A DNA stretch of 32,000 bases from Mycoplasma mobile 163K (GTDB lineage: Bacteria; Bacillota_I; Bacilli_A; Mycoplasmatales; Metamycoplasmataceae). The stretch lies in assembly GCF_000008365.1 (NCBI RefSeq), contig NC_006908.1, positions 300,001 through 332,000 on the forward strand, read 5' to 3'. This document shows, in pieces, positions 27,569 through 32,000 of the stretch; positions within the stretch are counted from its first letter, which is position 1, and each line of letters starts with the position of its first letter. The notes under the pieces were generated by a model. The model did not search any database and had not been told where the DNA came from. It saw only the letters and a list, made by a program, of their open reading frames with translations. A program made the position numbers and the translations under genes.

Positions 27569-28855
27569 ATGATACAAAAGCCAAAAGGAACAAGTGATTT
27601 TTTTCTTGAAAAAGCAGATTTATTTCAATACATATTAGATACTTTTAGAAAAGAAGCTGAATTATTTAACTATAGTTACATTCAAACTCCAATTTTAGAA
27701 TTTTATGACCTATTTTATCGTTCTGTTGGTGAAACAACAGATGTTGTTTCTAAGGAAATGTTTATTTTTAATGATAGAAGCGAAAGAAAAATGGCTTTAA
27801 GACCAGAAAAAACAGCTGGAGTAATTAGATCTTTAGTTGAAAATAAATTAATTTTTAATGCAGAGAATAAATTCTACTACTATGGATCTATGTTTAGATA
27901 TGAAAGACCCCAAAAAGGAAGGTATAGAGAATTTACACAAATTGGTTGTGAATGAATAGAAGATAATAGCGATTTTTCAGATTTTGAAATTTTACTATTC
28001 GCTTCAAAATTTTTAGGCAATTTCAACTTTAATAAAGTTATTTTAAAAATAAATAATTTAGGAAATAAAGTTGAAAGAGAAAATTATTTGATTGAATTAA
28101 AAAAATATTTTTATAAATTTAAAGATAAATTTGATGAGATTTCTTTAAAAAGATTAGAAAAAAATCCTTTAAGAATTTTGGATGATAAAGAAATTAATCA
28201 CCAAGATTTTATAAAAAATGCTCCAAAATTATTTGATTTTTTAAATTCTGAAACAGTTCAAAAATTTAATAATTTGCAAAATTATCTAAGAAAAAGCAAC
28301 ATTAGTTTTGAAATTGATTATTCTTTAGTTAGAGGATTTGATTATTACAATAATTTAGTTTTTGAGTTTGTCTATTATGACGAAGAATCTAGAAGTGAAT
28401 TAACAATTTTAGGTGGTGGAAGATATTCGAATTTAATCGAAGAACTTGGCGGTCCAAAAAAAGATGCAATTGGTTTTGCAGCTGGTGTGGAAAGATTAAT
28501 GATTTTATTAAAGGAAAAAGAGTGAGAAAAACCAATAAAAACTTCGATTTTTGTTTTTAACAAAGATCATGAAGATCTTTATAAAAATTTTGATTTTGTT
28601 TATAAATTGAGAAAAAGGGATTTAGTAGTGAAACAAAATGTATCTAATTTTAAATTGCAAAAAATTTATTCTAAAATTGTTAATGAAGGTATTAAATTTT
28701 TAATCTTTTTTGATGAAAAATTAAATCAGATAATTATCAAAAATTTAATAAATAAAAATTTTTTAGATCTTACAAATAAAAGTCAAGAAGAAAAAATTAA
28801 TTTAGTAAAAAAATTTATAGAAAGCGAAAATAAAAATGAAAACAATTCTAAATAA
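27569..28855 (+). CDS. hisS: Histidine--tRNA ligase
   Basis: Fragments 27518-27955, 28088-28525 and 28607-28855 are in one frame across TGA codons. I prefer the ATG at 27569 (MIQKPKGTSDF...). Class II motifs: ...MALRPEKTAGVIRS..., YYYGSMFRYERPQKGRYREFTQIG, GGGRYSNL. 428 aa. Confidence 0.93.
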
Positions 28856-30539
28856 CACAATTACAATTAAACATGTTGATGAGAAAGTAACAGTTTATGG
28901 ATTTGTAGAAAAAATTAGAAAATTAGGAGAAATAATATTTGTTGATTTAAGAGACGAAAGTGGAATATTACAAATTGTTTTTGAATCATCTAATATTGAT
29001 TTCACTAAAGAAAGTATTTTAGAAATTATTGGAATAGTTTCTAAAAGAAAATCAATTAATACAAATTTACAAACAGGAGAAATTGAAATTAAAGTTAATT
29101 CTTACAAAGTATTATCTCTTGCTGAAGAATTACCTTTTGAAATTAATTCTTCAAATGAAACAAATGAAGAATTAAGATTAAAGTATCGTTTTTTAGATTT
29201 AAGAAGTAAAAAACTTCAAGAAAACATTAGACTAAGACACAAAGTCACTAGATCAATGCGTAATTTTTTAGATAGAAATAATTATATTAATATAGAAACA
29301 CCAAATTTAGGAAGAATAACTCCCGAAGGAGCAAAAGATTTTATTGTACCTTCTAGAAAAAAAGGTTTCTTTTTTTCTTTACCTCAATCACCACAATTGT
29401 ATAAACAATTATTGATGGCATCAGGTTTTGAAAAATATTATCAAATAGCAAGAGCTTTTAGGGATGAAAAATCTCGAAAAGATCGTCAACTTGAATTCAC
29501 ACAATTAGATATTGAAATGGCTTATGCCAAAGAAGAAATTGTAATTCATTTAATTGAAAATCTTTTTAAAGAAATTTTTACAGATTTAAATATAGATATT
29601 AAAATTCCTTTTCCTAAAATGAATTATGACGATGCTCTAAATCAATATGGAAGCGATAAACCTGATTTGAGATATGAATATAAATTACAAGATTTTTCAC
29701 ATTTAATTCCTAAATTTAATTCAAAAGTTTTTAAAAATGTAAAATCTTTAAAAATTATAATAATTCCTTACAACATTACAAAAAAGCAGTTTGAATTTTT
29801 AGAAGAAGAAGCTAAGCAAAATCATTCAAAAGGATTATTATATGCTAACTTCGAAAAAAATAAAGCTATTTCTGGAAATTTTTTTCAGTTTTTTAAATCT
29901 GAACTTGAAATTATTCAGGGTGAATTAAAACATAATTTTAAAGAGAAGTTTGCCATTTTAGCAATTGCGGATGATTTAGAAATTGTTAATCAAGCTTTAG
30001 GAAGTGTAAGGGTTAAATTAGATGAATTTTTTGATTTTGAAAAAAAAGATTTTGCTTTTACTTGAGTAATAAATTGACCTTTATATGAATTTGATAAAGA
30101 AGTAAATAAATTCCAAGCAGCTCATCATCCTTTTACAATGCCACAATTAGAATATTTAGATAATTTTGACAAAAAACCAATGGAAGCTAAATCAAGAGCT
30201 TATGATATTGTTTTAAATGGTTATGAAGTTGGCGGAGGTTCAATTAGAATTAATGATTTAGAAATTCAAAAAAGAATGTTTAGAACCTTAGGACTATCAG
30301 AAAAACAAATTGAAGAACAATTTGACTTTTTTCTAACAGCATTTAAATATGGATTTCCGCCTCATGGAGGAATTGCTTTAGGAATCGATAGATTACTTTC
30401 AATTTTGACTAATTCTACTTCTATTAGAGATGTAATAGCTTTTCCTAAAAATTCAAAAGGAATTGATCCATTTACTAAAGCTCCAAGTAAATTAGAAAAT
30501 GAATTATTAAAAGAATACGGAATAATAATCAAAGAATAA
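28836..30539 (+). CDS. aspS: Aspartate--tRNA ligase
   Basis: ORFs 28836-30065 and 30138-30539 are in frame across two TGA codons. OB-fold N-terminus (...[30 protein letters not shown]), [48 protein letters not shown]. 567 aa. Overlaps hisS by 20 nt. Confidence 0.95.
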
Positions 30540-30540
30540 T

Positions 30541-31776
30541 ATGAAAAAAGAAAAGACAATTTTTCATATTGATGCTGATTCATTTTTTGTCAATTCTATT
30601 ATTACAATAAGACCCGAATTAAAAGGAAAAGAAGTCGCTGTAAGTTCGACTAAAAGTTCTTCGATTGTTTCATCTTTAAGTTATGAAGCAAAACAAAAAG
30701 GTGCAAAAGTACCTATGCAAATGCGTGAAGTAAGAAAATATTGCCCAAATATTATTACAGTCTTACCAAATTTCAAGCTTTTTTCGATTATTTCAAATAA
30801 AATTTTTGATTATTTAGCAAAAAATTTCACAAAAAAATTAGAAATAGCATCAATTGATGAATGTTATTTGGATGTAACAGATATTTTACATAACTACGAA
30901 AATAAATATAATCTTGCAAGAAAAATGCAAGAAGGTGTTTATAAATATACAAAAATTCCAATTTCAATAGGTATAAGTCATAACAAATTTTTAGCTAAAA
31001 TGGCCTCTCCTCTAGCAAAACCTAATGGAATTGCACATCTAGATAAAAATAATTTTAAAGAAATTTTATTCCCTATGAAAATTTCTAAATTCTATGGAAT
31101 AGGTAAATCTAGTATTGAAAAATTAAATTCAATTGATGTCAATTTCATAAAAGATTTATTAGATGAATCTAAAGAAGCATCTTTTAAAAGAATTTTCAAA
31201 AATAGATGAATTGATATTAAAAATAATTTAAATGGAAATGGTTCTATTGAATTAGATTTAGAACATAATGATGTAAAAGAAATGGGAAAAGAAAAAACTT
31301 TTTTTGAACAAAGTATCGATGATAGAAACATTATTTTAAAAGAATTAGAAAAACTAAGTGAAATTGTTTCACATAATGCAAAGCAAAGATTTAATGCAGG
31401 TTATGTAATAAAAGTTAAAATTAAATATTATAATTTAAGCGTTGTTAGTATGCAAGTTTCTTTACCTTTTGCAATTAATGATGCAGATGAGATTTTTAAA
31501 AATGCAATTTCTTTATTTGATAAACTTTGAGATGAAAAAGCCATAAAATTAATTGGCATAAAATTAGGAAAACTAGTTAATTTATTTGAAGAAAAAACTC
31601 AAATATCTTTATTTGAAGAAAAAATAATGAATAATTCTAAAATTGATAATCTTATAAATGATTTTAATACCAATTTTAATTCAAGACTAATTTATAAAGC
31701 AAGTAATTTTCCAAAAAAAGAATCAATTAAAAAAATCCAAACAAGATTTTTAGAAAGTGATATGCATAAAAAATAA
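30541..31776 (+). CDS. dinB: Y-family DNA polymerase IV
   Basis: Fragments 30541-31209, 31282-31530 and a tail are in one frame across TGA codons. FHIDADSFFV (catalytic Asp), SIDECYLDVT (Asp-Glu), ISIGISHNKFLAKMAS. TAA at 31774-31776, 411 aa. Confidence 0.88.
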
Positions 31777-31800
31777 TTACTACTAAATAAAATAATAATG

Positions 31801-31806
31801 TAATAT
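31801..31806 (+). promoter_or_regulatory. Candidate -10 box (TAATAT) 6 nt upstream of the nadD ATG; no SD
   Basis: aatgTAATATttaaatATG. Confidence 0.35.
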
Positions 31807-31812
31807 TTAAAT

Positions 31813-32000
31813 ATGAATAAAATTGGAATCTTCGGGGGAAGTTTTGACCCTATTCACATAGCCCATACTTTTGTTGCAGAAGAATCTATCAAAATTTTAA
31901 ATCTTGATAAATTGTTTTTTGTTCCAACTTTTATTAATCCAGATAAAATTGGAAGAAAAAGTGCGAGCCCTGAAGATAGAATTAACATGATTAATCTAGT
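31813..32000 (+). CDS. nadD: Nicotinate-nucleotide adenylyltransferase, 5' part (runs off window end)
   Basis: MNKIGIFGGSFDPIHIAHTFVAEE... carries the GxFxPxHxxH nucleotidyltransferase signature. The frame is open to the window edge. Confidence 0.85.
   Translation, partial: MNKIGIFGGSFDPIHIAHTFVAEESIKILNLDKLFFVPTFINPDKIGRKSASPEDRINMINL

Noticed and set aside
1-32000. Search for CRISPR repeats, IS or transposase genes, integrases, restriction-modification or other defence genes, and long direct or inverted repeats.
   Set aside because: None seen. Every sizeable ORF is accounted for by a conserved housekeeping family. The only repeats are the short coding repeats in rplW and the shared promoter motif tatttgtataata (18782 and 22834).

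Overview
This is a strongly AT-rich, Mollicutes-type (Mycoplasma-like) chromosomal segment that must be read with genetic code 4 (TGA=Trp). In-frame TGA codons fall on conserved Trp positions, for example the S14 tail KKASW, the S8 tail YIW, S19 KTWSRRS and L2 TPWG. Most of the broken ORFs in the six-frame track are therefore fragments of single intact genes.

Content, left to right:
- 1-13211 (+): a complete, tightly coupled S10-spc-alpha ribosomal superoperon running from the rplD 3' end to rplQ. It includes secY, adk, map, infA and rpoA, and has no rpmD (L30).
- 13249-18736 (-): a PGM/PMM-family mutase, then smpB, rnr, secG and a CaCA-type cation antiporter.
- 18785-19655 (+): an FMN riboswitch driving a multi-pass membrane protein. 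This gene is absent from the ORF track because TGA codons fragment it.
- 19659-22288 (+): a CIRCE (HrcA) operator followed by lon.
- 22320-22805 (-): a dimeric-dUTPase-like gene.
- 22863-23205 (+): a tRNA-Leu(CAA)/Leu(UAA)/Lys(UUU) cluster.
- 23305-32000 (+): ruvA, ruvB, a SecDF fusion, hisS, aspS, dinB and the nadD 5' end.

I found no CRISPR array, mobile element, defence island, toxin-antitoxin pair or other accessory module. This is a core housekeeping region and I cannot support a claim of a new system. The points most worth a second look are:
- the riboswitch-controlled transporter that the ORF track hides;
- the CIRCE element that also looks like the transporter's terminator;
- a recurring -10 hexamer 6-7 nt upstream of SD-less start codons, suggesting leaderless mRNAs;
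- lineage-specific low-complexity extensions or insertions in L23, S5, L24, L29 and Lon.
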